From Heterodontus francisci (Eukaryota): DNA of 64,000 nt. The translations under genes and the position numbers were made by a program. The notes below the pieces were generated by a model that had not been told where the DNA came from, did not search any database, and worked only from the letters and a program-made list of their open reading frames with translations. Positions 1-12,596 of this stretch are shown here, in pieces (within the stretch, counting starts at the first letter, position 1; every line of letters starts with the position of its first letter). Location: contig NC_090377.1 in the NCBI RefSeq assembly GCF_036365525.1, positions 97,085,141 through 97,149,140 on the forward strand, in the 5' to 3' direction.

Positions 1-129
1 TCTACGGATAAAAAAAATCATCATTCGGCATAGCCCGTGTTCATGACAGGATTGTCAAATCTGAAGTGGTTGTAACTGGCCTGAGAGTGGATCATATCTG
101 TCCTTCAGGTCATCCGCTAATATAAATTA

Positions 130-1257
130 AAAAGTGACTCCTGACAACGCAAAACATGCGCAAAGAGATTGCAGACGTCATTACTGTGCGAACATTTTCC
201 AGCCTGCCAGTATGAATGCGCGCATGTCGTCACCGTGCAATGACGTCCTCACCCCTCAATAGCTGTTTCCATTCACTCGAACAGTACCCCACTCCCTCCC
301 ACTATCCCTGCTTCAATTGCCACTTCACTCCGCTCGATCCCCGCCACGCTACTGCCTTCCCTCAGCCACTTGCTCCCCCGGCCGCTTCCCCCCACTCAGT
401 TACTCGCTCCTGCCCCACTGGCCGCTCTCCACCCTCGACCACTCACTGCAGGCCTCGGTGCTTCCCCCCCCCCCTCAGCCGCTCGCTCCAAACGATGCCA
501 CTGCTCCCCCCCCTCCCCTCAGCCGATTGTTCCCCACTCCTCACTTCCTGCCCCCCCACCCCCTGCTCTCTGGCAGCTCGTTCCCCACTTTCCCCCGCGC
601 CCCCTGCAGCCGCTAGCTCCAGGCTTTTCCACTTTTGTACTCTCGGCCACTTGCCCCCATGTCGCTCTGTCCCCCCTCGCGGCCTGCCTTGCTTCTTCAA
701 GCAGCGGAGAATGATCGAACGTGGGAGCGAGTGGCCGACAGGACGGAAGCGGGGTGGCCTGGAGCTAGCGGTAGGTGGGCGGGTAAGTGGGTAGCGAGTG
801 GCCGGAGAGCGGGTGGGTGGAGTGGTGGGGGAAGTGGGGGGCGGGGTGGGGAGGGAAGTGAGAAGCGGGGAACAATTGGCTCAGGGGAGTGGGGGAGCAG
901 TGGCGAGGTCTGGAGCAAGCGGCTGTGGTGGGGGGGAGCGGAGAGGCTAGAGCGAATGCTTAAGGGAAGGCAACAGGGAGCCAGCGTCAAGAAGGTGGGC
1001 ACTGGAGGGACTGGCAAAGAGAAGCGCATTGGCAGGAGGGTGCTGTTGGAGGTGGGATGGAGGCGGCGATGGCAGCCATTGAGGGGATTTTCAGGTTGAA
1101 TTTGTTTTTTGTGATAAATTTGCAGCGCCATCTTTAATCCTCGCAGCTGCCTTAAACGTTGCAGACAGTGATGTGTCAGTGGCAGAGGCTGCATTTGTGC
1201 ATGTGTTAGTACTGCACCACCTAGTGGTTGCATTGTCAACTGAGTTGCAACTCAGTC
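130..1257. mobile_element. Unclassified non-autonomous fold-back element, copy 1
   Basis: Both ends align with 43476-44404; C-rich left and G-rich right halves bounded by inverted repeats; TGACAACGCAA/TTGCATTGTCA subterminal IR; 18-bp palindrome at 1239-1256. Confidence 0.7.
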
Positions 1258-1490
1258 TATAAATTATTATATACCATGAACATCTATGGCAAACCATTGA
1301 TTTGTCTAACATATAAGGGACAGCTACACAACTCAACCAAGCCTGTTGGGGATTTTGAAAATGCTGGTAGCCAAGAGTGCTGAGGAAGTGGCTAGAAGCA
1401 GTCCACCAGCTCTAGCCTCTTGAATGAAGGTCATATGTAGACCACTGAGGGCCAACAATGGGAAAAATATAAGAAATAGCTGCATCGCCT

Positions 1491-1656
1491 AAAATAAAAG
1501 CAAACTACTGAGGATGCTGGAAATCTGAAATAAAAATTGAAGGTGCTGGAAATACTCAGCAGGTCTGACAGCATTTGTGGAGAAAGAAACAGAGTTGATG
1601 TTTCTGATGGTATATGACTTCTTCAGAACCCAATTCCAGCACTTTCTGTTTTTATT
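1491..1656 (-). mobile_element. Short Penelope-like (PLE) terminal fragment with degenerate hammerhead motif
   Basis: Same tail as other PLE copies; CTGAAGA...GAAACATC core at 1594-1629 (-); degenerate 15-bp flanking duplication (1476-1490 / 1657-1671). Confidence 0.75.
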
Positions 1657-2339
1657 ACAGCTGTATCCCCTCATTGAAGGGTTCCCCCTTCCGCCCCCAA
1701 AGGAATCCGTTTTGCTTTGGATTCGTATGAAGAAGATATTCTGTTATGGTTTCAACGTGCACAGAATCCTATTTTCTAAACGGTCACACGGCATGAAAGT
1801 CTACAATAAAACTTTAATTATGATGACGGCGATAAGAATAAATTGCAGGGAGCAATATAAACCGATTGACTGTTTTATACCGTTGAAGCACACCTTTGGT
1901 GGGCTGTAAAACATAAAACTGGCATCTTTGAGCCTGGCAAAATATTTCAGGTTCCTATTATACTGTTCGTGTATATACTTGTTTTACGTATGGTAGCGAG
2001 GCAAATAGAATGCATTTCCAAAAACACATCTGTTTTCCCAACGATGCTGGTTTCACATTTTTATTTCTTTCGACTAGAGTTCTGCCTTTTAACTATTTGG
2101 CATGTTCGTGAATTTCCTGATTATTAAATAAACTCGAAGAAAATTATTTTTTTCCTCTTCGGAAATTGTAAAGGATAGTTTAACCACCAAACTTTACATG
2201 TGTAAGGCATTAGTTCAGTTCGGGTTGTCTGAACACATATTGAACATTAATGTTTGCCACATTTGCAGGGTATTTTTAAAAGCAGTTACCATATATGTCT
2301 AAGGCATGTTCATCTGAAGGTAATCCGACCGCTGGCAGT

Positions 2340-2600
2340 GCCTCGTAACCCGTGACAAACCTTTACATAACCTTCCAGTGGAAACATCGTGACGTCACTG
2401 GATTGACGTCTCCGTTGCCCAGCAACCTGCCAACGCCCCACACAGCGGATCGCGGTCCAGCGAATCAGTCGGCAGAATGTGGCGGGGAGGGGCGGTGCCA
2501 GAGAGTCGCCCTCGCGCGTCAGGTGGGCGGAGCTGGCAGCCCGAGAGATCGGTTGACGTCAGCGGGCGGGCGGCCGGCCTTCACAAAGGGTGAAATGGCG
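2340..2600 (+). promoter_or_regulatory. COQ10B CpG-island promoter with CRE, X-box, GC-box and YY1-like motifs
   Basis: TGACGTCA at 2390-2397 and 2554-2561, TGACGTCT at 2404-2411; GTTGCCCAGCAAC (RFX X-box) at 2414-2426; GGGCGG at 2490, 2525, 2564, 2568; AAATGGCG over the start codon; CpG-rich in a CpG-poor background. Confidence 0.8.
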
Positions 2601-2692
2601 AGGAGCGGTAGGCCTCTAAGGAAGGTGCTCTGTGATGTCTTCGAATTTCCTGTTTACTTTGCCCGGGAGAGACAGGCCAAGTACGCCGTAAG
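2595..2692 (+). CDS. COQ10B: COQ10B coding exon 1 (mitochondrial presequence region, MARSGRPLRKVL...AKYAVR)
   Basis: ATG at 2595 in a CpG-rich promoter; AG|GTAGCC donor at 2692/2693 gives phase 2, which joins in frame to exon 2 ([10 protein letters not shown]). N-terminus is divergent, so the call rests on position and phase. Confidence 0.85.
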
Positions 2693-4319
2693 GTAGCCTT
2701 TCTGACATCTTTAGTTTGGTTTCGGCTTTGTTAAAATGCCGCCCACCCCCTGTTTCCGAGCCGCCGACCTTGGAAAGTTTGGGGATCGCTTTCAGTTTTC
2801 GGTCCGAAAGGTCGAATCGCTGATTTTGTTCAGGGCCGCTGTTGCGAGCGGATGTAGTTTCAAGCCGGCTGGGTGGGAAGTAAGTCATAGGCAGCCATGA
2901 AACTAACCGCTGCAGGTGAAGATCAGGGCCATAATTTTATTTTTGGGGGATGGTGGCGGGCGGTAGACAGAGCGCGACATTTAAACTGCAAAACTGATCA
3001 GATTCGCAAAATCGTTTGGTTACATCCTGGCACATAGGGTCACTTATTGTTTTAAGACCCTATCAGATCTGTTTGAAATTATAAATATTCATCATTCCAG
3101 TTTTTTAAATAGTATAATGGGCGTTTCTGCAGCTATAAATTAAATCATTTAAAAAGTGATTTTAAAAAAGGGGATGCGAAAAGTAATTAAACACTTTTTT
3201 TCACATCAGCGAGTGACTAAATTGTTACGGGTAAAATAAGTGACAGTTGTGTGCTGGAGGATGTTTTAAAATTTGTCTTGTATCATAAGCTTGCAGTGGG
3301 AATAGAAAGCTCACCAACAATATAAAGGGCATATATTAAAACTGCCACTTCGAGTAGTTGCTTTAAAAGTTTTTATGACATAAGCATCTTATGGAAGTGT
3401 TTTCACTCTGGACCATTCTTCCTTGTTATCTTAAAATATTTTTCCTAAATGCAAGTTTTTTCCCTCTTTTTTTGAAGTATATTTGTCCCTTTTGTGAATT
3501 TATGGTTTAAATAAAAATATATATGACTGAGGCTTGCTGCCAATTGCAAAACCTGGATGTTCAGGCTGAAGAATGGAGGGTGACAACAGAAATAGATCAA
3601 TTATACTCTCCTGAAATGCTGTCTCCAGGGGGGAAAAAATCGCAACGAGATGCAATTGTATGAATTCAGCAATAAGTACTAAGTTCTGTGGCAATTAAGA
3701 ACAAGCACTGATGTGAAAAAAAATCAAGAATGCAGGTAGAATTGTTAAACTATTGTCCTCAGTTACACATTATGAAGATTTAAGTCTGGTAAAGATGCAA
3801 TATTACTTCAGTGAAATTACCAACATTGTTTTACATCAATTTTGCTCAACTTGTATTAAGCAGCATGCTGATGATATTACTGGTAGCCCCATCTTGAAAG
3901 AACTGAAATTACAATATAAAATTTCTGTAACTTCTGACATTCAAGGAGACATTTCAGCACACTTGATGGGCATTGAACAGAAAAGGGTTAAAGGGGTAAA
4001 TGGAAGAAGGCTGAAGAGGGAGTGAAAGTACAGTTGGGGGGGAAAAAGAATATTTGAAGCTATTAAAATCAAGATGTAAAATGATAGTTGTGGGGGTGTG
4101 ATGTTGAGGTAGGGAGTTAGAGAGCAGGTGTGTAGTATCTTGGAGGTGGAGTTTTACTGTGCATCTGGCTGTGCTATACCCGATCTGGAGTGCTAGGTGA
4201 AAAATGTTCCATTTTCCAGCACTCACATCCCTCGCCTTGATGAGCAAACAAAGGGGGGGGGGGGGGGGAAGACGCTGTGTATAAGTCAGCATTAACTTGT
4301 ATACATTCAGCTTCCTCCA

Positions 4320-4590
4320 TACATATGAACATACAAATTAGGAGTAGGCCACTTGGTCCCTTGAGCCTGCTCTGCCATTCAACAAGATCATGGCTGATCT
4401 GATTGTGACATCAACTCTACATTCCCGCATACCTCTGATAACTTTTCACCCCCTTGCTTATCAAGAACCTATCTACCTCTGCCTTTAAAAATAAAAAATT
4501 CAGACTCTGCTTCCACTGCCTTTTGAGGAAGAGAGTTCCAAAGACTTGTGATCCTCAGAGAAAAAAATTCTCCTCATCTCTTTCTTCAAT
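4320..4590 (-). mobile_element. CR1 LINE 3' end fragment
   Basis: Matches the 3' tail of the CR1 copies at 16242 and 52560 (ggagtaggcc...gagcctgctctgccattc...gatcatggctgatc). Confidence 0.75.
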
Positions 4591-5269
4591 ATCCATTAGG
4601 TCATCAGTATGAACAATTATAATTAAATCTCCTTTGGGTTACATCCATATTACAGACTATTTTGATACCGGGAGACAGGTTGGCAACCAAGGTGCTGTGC
4701 TCTTGAGCTGGCTGCTTTGAGTGCCAGATAGCTGCCTGTAGTGAGATTTCCCATTTATAATTTTCTATTCTTGTTGCCTTTGGCCAGATGGTTTATGTGA
4801 GATAGAAATTTACTGCATGGGAATTCAATAACAGGAAGCTATATCTTCAGCAAAACAGTTTACAGCATTTTTCTGCTATCTTCACTTGTGGGGGGGGGGG
4901 GAAAACTGAATATTTTGTAACCTTTTGCTTCTCTTTGGGAGCAATTAGATTGGGATCATCAACACTACATCTAGTAATTCTTCTGAAACCTTGATTCATT
5001 GGTATTTAACTTTAGAATTGGTCAGCATTACGAAACTCAGCATTTCACATTGCAACCTTGAAGTCTGTAATCAACAAGTATGTGAATGTCTTCAATTGAT
5101 TGTGAATGAATTTATGGATATACAGCATTTTTGACTAAGACAGGCTGCAAAAATGGTGGAGTAGAATTGAAAGTCACAGTAAAACCTGGTCTTAAATAGA
5201 ATCCTGCCTATGTTAATGATCCCCCACCCTCTAATAATGTGTACGCAAGCACTATTCGTGTGTTTCAAG

Positions 5270-6065
5270 CGCAACAACTTGCATTTACATAATGTAATAA
5301 ATTGTCCCAATATGCTTCACCAGACAAAAATTTCACGAGCCAAAAAAGGAGACATTAGGACTTGTGATTAAAAGTTTGGTCAATGAGGTTAATTTTCCAG
5401 GAACATTTTAAAGGAGGAGAGAGGGGTAGGGCAGTTTAGGGAGGGAATTCCAGAGTTTAGGCTGAAGGTATGGTCACCAGTGGTGGAATGAAGGAAGTCG
5501 GGGATGCACAAGGGGCCAGAGTTGGAGGAATACAGCATTCTAGGAATGTTGTAGGTCTGGAGGCGATAACAAAGATAGAGGGAGAAGGCCGTGGAGGGAA
5601 TCGAACACAAGAATGTAAATTTTAAATTAAGACATTGGTGGATTTCGAGTCAATGTAGGTCAGCAAGCATAGGGATGATGGGTAAACAGGACTTGGTGCA
5701 AGTTAGGATACAGGCAGCAAGTTTTCGATGTGCTTAAATTCACGGAGGGTGAAAGTCAGGGATGCTGGCTGGAAAGGTATTGGTGAACCCTGGAGGTAGC
5801 AAAAGCATGAATGAGGGTTTCAGCAGCAGATGAACTGAGGCCGGAGCAGAGAGCATATGGGCTCGGTAGCTCTGCATCACATAAAACACTGAGGTTGCTA
5901 GCCTGAGACAGTGGCTAGGGAGGGGCTGGAATCGTTGGCTAGGGAATGAAGCTTGTGGCAGGGTCTGAAGGTCTCCCCATTGTTCAATAGGAGGAAATTT
6001 CTGCATCTCTGGGCCCTGGATGTCAGACAAGCAGTCTGATAACAGAGGCAATGGAGGGGTCAAGA
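5270..6065 (-). mobile_element. L2-like LINE 3' fragment, degraded
   Basis: Reverse complement resembles 57370-58680; RT C-terminal remnants (LSDCLSDIQ). Confidence 0.65.
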
Positions 6066-9000
6066 GAGTACATGCAGAACTGGATGTGTTTTCAATGAGG
6101 TTGTTTCTTATGATGCTGTAGTAGTAAATATTTTCCCCAATGCATCTTCATTTTTGAATGACGTCTGCATTGGAGATAATGCTACTACTGCTGACAAGCT
6201 ATAGTCCCTCTTAATTAGAGAAGGAAAATATACATTCACTTATATGTAATGTCTTAAAAAATTATCTCCATGCCATTTAAAAAAAAAAAGGCTCATGGGA
6301 ACTTCAGACTAATTTTAACTTTTTTTTTTACGTTGTACGGTACTATAGTAATTTCCATTGCTTTACTAATAATAGCACCCTTCTGTTTTATTAAAGAATT
6401 AGCTCCTTTTGTTTGTCCTGGATTGTATTCATGTATTACAAAGTACCATAGACGTCAGAGAGAGATGGGAATGTTATGCAATGTGACTGGTTGGTGACTC
6501 AATAGCGATACAAATGATCGCTTTAACCTTGATGCATGTTTTACTTGGCAAGCAAATGTAAAAGTGAAATAAAAGCAGAAATGCTGGAAATATTCAGCAG
6601 GTCAGGCAGCAACTGTGGAGAGAGAAACAAAGTTAAACTAGAAAAAGCTAGAACTGTAATGGTTTTTACGCAAGTACAGAGGCAGCCAAAAAGAGTTGGG
6701 GGAGGAAAGAACAAAAGGGAAGGTCTGTGATGGGGTGAAAGGCAGGAGAGATGAAATAACAAAAGGGATGATGGTACAAGGCAAAAGGACATGGTAAGGG
6801 GATAATTAAAGAAACACAAGATGGATGTAGAGGTGGTGTAAATGGAACTGGCAGAATAATCACCAGCTGCTGTCTGGAAAAAAAAAAAATGGGACAGAGG
6901 TTATGATCTCAAATAGTTCAACTGAGAGCCTGGAAAGCTGTAAAGTGCCAAATCGAAAGCTGAGGTGCTGTTCCTTTGGCTCATGTTGAGCTTCATTGGA
7001 AAAGAGTAGGACGCTAAGGACAGAGAGGTTCGTTTGGGAGAACAAAGAACAGTACAGCACAAGAACAGGCTATTTGGCCCTCCAAGCCTGCGCCGATCTT
7101 GATACCTGCCGAAATTAAAGCCTTCTGCACTTCTGGGGTCCGTATCCCTCTATTCCCATCCTATTCATGTATTTGTCAAGATGCCTCTTAAACGTCTCAT
7201 GGTACCTGCTTCCACCACCTCCCCCGGCAACATGTTCCAGGCATTCACCACCCTCTGTGTAAAGAACTTGCCTCGCACATCCCCTCTAAACTTTGCCCCT
7301 CGCACCTTAAACCTATGTCCCCTAGTAACTGACTCTTCCACCCTGGGAAAAAGCTTCTGACTACCCACTCTGTCCATGCTGCTTATAACTTTGTAAACCT
7401 CTATCATGTCGCCCCTCCACCTCCGTCGTTCCAGTGAAAATAATCCGAGTTTGTCCAACCTCTCCTCATAGCTAATGCCCTCCAGACCAGGCAACATCCT
7501 GGTAAACCTCTTCTGTACCCTCTCCAAAGCCTCCACGTCCTTCTAGTAGTGTGGCGACCAGAATTGCACGCAATATTCTAAGTGTGGCCTAACTAAAGTT
7601 CTGTACAGCTGCAGCATGACTTGCCTATTTTTATACTCTATGCCCCGATCGATGAAGGCAAGCATGCCGTATGCCTTCTTGACTACCTTATCCACCTGCG
7701 TTGCCACTTTCAGGGACCTGTACGCCCAGATCTCTCTGCCTGTCAATACTCCTAAGGGTTCTGCCATTTACTGTATACTTCCCACCTGCATCAGACCTTC
7801 CAAAATGCATTACCTCACATTTGTCCGAATTAAGCTCCATCTGCCATTTCTCCGCCCAAGTCTCTAACCGATCTATATCCTGCTGTACCCTCTGACAATC
7901 CTCATCACTATCCGCAACTCCACCAACCTTTGTGTCGTCCGCAAACTTACTAATCAGACCAGCTACATTTTCCTCCAAATCATTTATCTATACTACAAAC
8001 AGCAAAGGTCCCAGCACTGATCCCTGCGGAACACCACTAGTCAGAGCCCTCCATTCTGAAAAGCACCCTTCCACTGCTACCCTCTGTCTTCTGTGACTGA
8101 GCCAGTTCTGTATCCATCTTGCCAGCTCCCCTCTGATCCCGTGTGACTTCACCTTTTGTACCAGTCTGCCATGAGGGACCTTGTCAAAGGCTTTACTGAA
8201 GTCCATATAGATAACATCCACTGCTCTTCCTTCATCAATCATCTTCGTCACTTCCTCAAAAAACTCAATCAAGTTAGTGAGACACGACCTCCCCTTCACA
8301 AAACCGTACCAAATGGGAGTAAATCCTGTCCCGAAGAATCCTCTCTAATAATTTCCCTACCACTGACGTAAGGCTCACCGGCCTATAATTTCCTGGATTA
8401 TCCTTTCTACCCTTCTTAAACAAAGGAACAACATTGGCTATTCTCCAGTCCACTGGGACCTCACCTGTAGCCAATGAGGATGCAAAGATTTCTGTCAAGT
8501 CCCCAGCAATTTCTTCCCTTGCCTCCCTCAGTATTCTGGGGTAGATCCCATCAGGCCCTGGGGACCTATCTACCTTAATGCTTTGCAAGACACCCAACAC
8601 CACCTCCTTTTTGAGAATGAGATGACTGAGACTATCTACACTCCCTTCCCTAGGCTCATCATCCACCAAGTCCTTCTCCTTGGTGAATACTGATGCAAAG
8701 TACTCATTTAGTACTTCGCCCATTTCCTCTGGCTCCACACATAGATTCCCTTCTCTGTCCTTGAGTGGGCCAACCCTTTCCCTTGTTACCCTCTTGCTCT
8801 TTATATACGTATTAAAAGCCTTGGGATTTTCCTTACTCCTGTTTGCCAATGACTTCTCATAACCCCTCCTGACTCCTTGCTTAAGTTCCTTCCTACTGTC
8901 TTTATATTCCTCAAGGGATTCGTCTGTTCCTAGCCTTCTAGCCCTTTTGAATGCTTCCTTTTTCTTTTTGACGAGGCTCGCAATATCCCGCGTTATCCAA

Positions 9001-9430
9001 GGTTCCCGAAACTTGCCAAACTTATCCTCCTTCCTCACAGGAACACGCTGGTCCTGGATTCTAATCAACTGAAAGACTCCCACATGTCAGATGTTGATTT
9101 ACGCTCAAACAGTCGCCCCCAATCTAAATTCTTTAGTTCCTGCCTAATATTGTTATAATTAGCCTTCCCCCAATTTAGCACCTTCACCCGAGGACTACTC
9201 TTATCCTTATCCACAAGTACCTTAAAACTTATGGAATTATGGTCACTGTTCCCGAAATGCTCCCCTACTGAAACTTCGACCACCTGGCCGGGCGCATTCC
9301 CCAATACCAGGTCCAGTACGGCCCCATCCCTAGTTGGACTATCTACATATTGTTTCAAGAAGCCCTCCTGGATGCTCCTTACAAATTCTGCCCCATCCAA
9401 GCCCCTAGCACTGTGAGTCCCAGTCAATAT

Positions 9431-9700
9431 CTTTTCTTTTCTTTTTTCTTTTGGGCCTCCTTATCTCGAGAGACAATGGATACGCGCCTGGAGGTGGTCA
9501 GTGGTTTGTGAAGCAGTGCCTGGAGTGGCTATAAAGGCCAATTCTGGAGTGACAGGCTCTTCCACAGGTGCTGCAGAGAAATTTGTTTGTTGGGGCTGTT
9601 GCACAGTTGGCTCTCCCCTTGCGCCTCTGTCTTTTTTCCTGCCAACTACTAAGTCTCTTCGACTCGCCACAATTTAGCCCTGTCTTTATGGCTGCCCGCC
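9431..9700 (-). mobile_element. RTE (BovB-like) LINE 3' fragment nested in CR1
   Basis: C-terminal CSTCGRACHSRIGLYSHSRHC zinc-finger-like motif; near-identical to 24495-24760. Confidence 0.85.
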
Positions 9701-9774
9701 ATAAAGGGGAAGTTAAAATCACCCACCACTACAACCCTGTTACTTTTACATCTTTCCAAAATCTGTCTACATAT

Positions 9775-10112
9775 TTTGATTTTGATTTAGAGATACAGCA
9801 CTGAAACAGGCCCTTCGGCCCCCCCAAGTCTGTGCCGACCATTAACCACCCATTTATACTAATCCTACACTAATCCCATATTCCTACCACATCCTCACCT
9901 GTCCCTATATTCCCCTACCACCTACCTATACTAGGGGCAATTTATAATGGCCAATTTACCTATCAACCTGCAAGTCTTTTGGCTGTGGGAGGAAACCGGA
10001 GCACCCGGAGGAAACCCACGCAGACACGGGGAGAACTTGCAAACTCCACACAGGCAGTACCCAGAATTGAACCCGGGTCGCTGGAGCTGTGAGGCTGCGG
10101 TGCTAACCACTG
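9775..10112 (-). mobile_element. HE1-like tRNA-derived V-SINE nested in CR1
   Basis: A/B-box head (cagtggttagc...gggttcaattct), V-domain (gtgggtttcctccgggtgctccggtttcctccc), CR1-type 3' tail. Confidence 0.85.
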
Positions 10113-12596
10113 CTCCTCTACCTCCCGCTGGCTGTTGGGAGGCCTGTAGTAAATCCCCAACATCGTGACTGCACCCTTCCTATTCCTGAACTCCACCCGT
10201 ATTGCCTCGCTGCATGACCCCTCCGAGGTGTCCTCCCGCAGTACAGCTGTGATATTCTCCTTAACCAGGAATGCAACTCACCCACCCCTTTTACATCCCC
10301 CTCTATCCTGCCTGAAGCCTGTCCTTCCCTCAACCAAGTCTCTCTAATAGCAACATCATAGTTCCAAGTACTAATCCAAGCTCTAAGTTCATCTGCCTTA
10401 GCTGTTATACTTCTTGCATTGAAACAAATGCACTTCAGACCACCAGTCCCGCTGTGCTCCGCAACATCTCCCTGCCTGCTCTTACTCTTAGTCTTACTGA
10501 ACTTATTTGCCAGTTCCCCTTCATTTATTTCACTTGCTGTCCTACTGCTCTGGTTCCCACCCCCCCGCCACACTAGTTTAAACCCTTCCGAGTGATGCTA
10601 GCAAACCTCGCAGCCAGGATATTTGTGCCCCTCCAGTTTAGATGCAACCCGTCCTTCTTGTACAGGTCCCATCTGTCCCTGAAGAGATCCCAATGGTTCA
10701 GATATCTGAAACCCTCCCTTCTACACCAGCTGTTCAGCCACGTGTTTAGCTGCACTATCTTTCTATTTAGCCTCACTGGCATGTGGCACAGGGAGTAATC
10801 CCGAGATTACAACCCTAGAGGTCCTGTTTTTTAAACTTTCTGTCCAAGTGAGGTACCTGAGTGGGGTGGAGAATTAAAAAGACAGTGACCGGAAGCTCGG
10901 GATCACGCTTGCAGAGTGCACGCAGAGGTGTTCCGCAAAGTTGTCTCCCAATCTGCATTTAGTCTCTCCAATGTCGATGAGACTGCATGATGAGAGCAGC
11001 GAATACAGTATACTCAATTGAAAGTACAAGTAACTTGCTGCTTCACCTAGAAAGAGTGTTTGGTGCCCAGCACGTTGGGAAGGGAGGAGGTTAAAAAGGC
11101 AGGTGTTGCATCTCTGCATGAGAACATGCTGTAGGAAAGGAGGACATGTTGGTGATTGAGGAGTGGACCAGGGTGTCGCAAAAGGAACTGTCCATTTGGA
11201 ATGCTGAAAGGGGAGGGGAAGATGTGTTTGGCGGTGGCAAAAATGGTGGAGGATAATCCTTTTGAATGTGGTGACTGGTGGGGTGGAAGGTGAGGGCAAG
11301 GGTAATCCTGTCATCATTGTAGGAGGGAGGGGAAGGGCTGAGAGCAGTGGTTTGGGAAATGGAATGGACTGAGTTGAGGCTGTGCCAAACAGGGTGGAGG
11401 GGAATCCAGGTTGAGGAAAAAGGGAAGACATATTAGAAGTACTGGTATGGAAGGCAGCATCTTCAGAACAGGTGAGTCAACAAAACTGATATCGGAAGAA
11501 AGTCCTTACAGAAAGCATGATGAGAGGAAGTGTAGTCAAGGTAGCTGTGTGAGTCGGTGGGCTGTCAGTGAACATTTGTCGATAGCTTATCCTCAGAGAT
11601 GGCGAGAGAAGCTGAGGAAGGGAAGAATTTGAGATGAACCATGTGATGACGAGGGAAGGGTGGAAATAGGAAGCAAAGTTGATAAAAGTTTCCGTTTTGA
11701 GGCAAGAGCAGAAAACAGCCCCAGTACGCAGATGGGTGACTGCTTTGTTGAATACTTCCATTCAGTCTGCAAATGTGGCCCTTAACTTCTGGTTGCCTGT
11801 CATGTTTATTCTCTGGCCCACTCTTACTCTGACCTCTCTGTCCTTGACCTCCTTCACTCTTCCAATGAAGCTCAATGTAAACTCAAGGAACAGCATCTCA
11901 TCTTTTGATTAGGCACATTACAGCCTTCCGGACTCAACACTGAGTTCAACAATTTCAGGTTGTAACCACGGCCCCCATTTCCCCCCCCCCCAGCTGTTGA
12001 TTCTGCTAATTCCAATTACACCTTCTCTTGACCCATCTTTTGTTTCTTTAATTGTCCTATTACCATCTCTTTTTGCCTTTGCACCATCATCCTTTTTGTC
12101 ATTTAATTTCTCATCTTCCACCGTTGCACATACCTATCCTTTTGTTCTTTCCACTCCCCACTGCCGTGTCTTGGCGCTTGCTTAAAACCTGTTATATCGC
12201 TAACATTTTCTCGTTCTGACCAGAGATCATTGACCTGAAAAGTTAACACTTTTTCCACAGACGCTGTCTGACTGACCTGCCGAGTATTTCCAGCATTTTC
12301 TATTTTGTTCTTTCAGATTTCCAGCACTGGCAGTATTTTGCTTTTGTATAAATGTAAAATTGACATTGCTTCAGTTTAACACTTTCCTTTTCTATCATCC
12401 CGTTCTGTATGATTTAGTTGCAATTCTCATTGCAATTGTGGCTTCTGACAAATTTGTAGATTAGTTTTGTCCAGATATCTTCTCCTTTTATTAAACATTT
12501 AATATACTTAGGGTATTAAATAGTTTTTTTGTCTTTTTTCGCTAAGTTTCTGCTTGGGAAAATATATTCCCATATTTTGGTAATAGCAACTAACTT

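Larger units (their letters stand above)
7039..10848 (-). mobile_element. CR1 LINE, near full-length ORF2 (APE + RT) plus ORF1 esterase end; disrupted
   Basis: ORF pieces with [45 protein letters not shown]; ORF1 DGLHLN esterase motif at 10573-10782; CR1 3' tail at the left end. Confidence 0.92.
6568..12349. mobile_element. Penelope-like element with inverted arms (6568-7038 plus 10850-11700 on -, 11715-12349 on +), interrupted by nested CR1, RTE and SINE
   Basis: GIY-YIG remnants (IGETKCRLGDNFAEHL; EQHLSFRFGTLQ); outward-facing PLE tails at both ends; 14-bp flanking duplication AAATGTAAAA(G/T)TGA at 6554-6567 and 12350-12363. Confidence 0.8.

Noticed and set aside
216-1239. Long Pro-rich and Gly-rich ORFs on both strands (also 43718-44510)
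   Set aside because: They arise from the C-rich/G-rich low-complexity interior of a repeated element; no splice structure, and the frames are not conserved between the two copies.
2352-2594. In-frame upstream extension of COQ10B exon 1 (ORF from GTG at 2352)
   Set aside because: Non-ATG start running through promoter motifs; open frames are common in GC-rich DNA; the ATG at 2595 gives a normal-length protein.
4253-4268. Long G or C homopolymers (also about 4889, 19266, 38463, 41046, 43884)
   Set aside because: Simple mononucleotide runs, mostly within repeats; their length is unreliable in assemblies and there is no sign of function.
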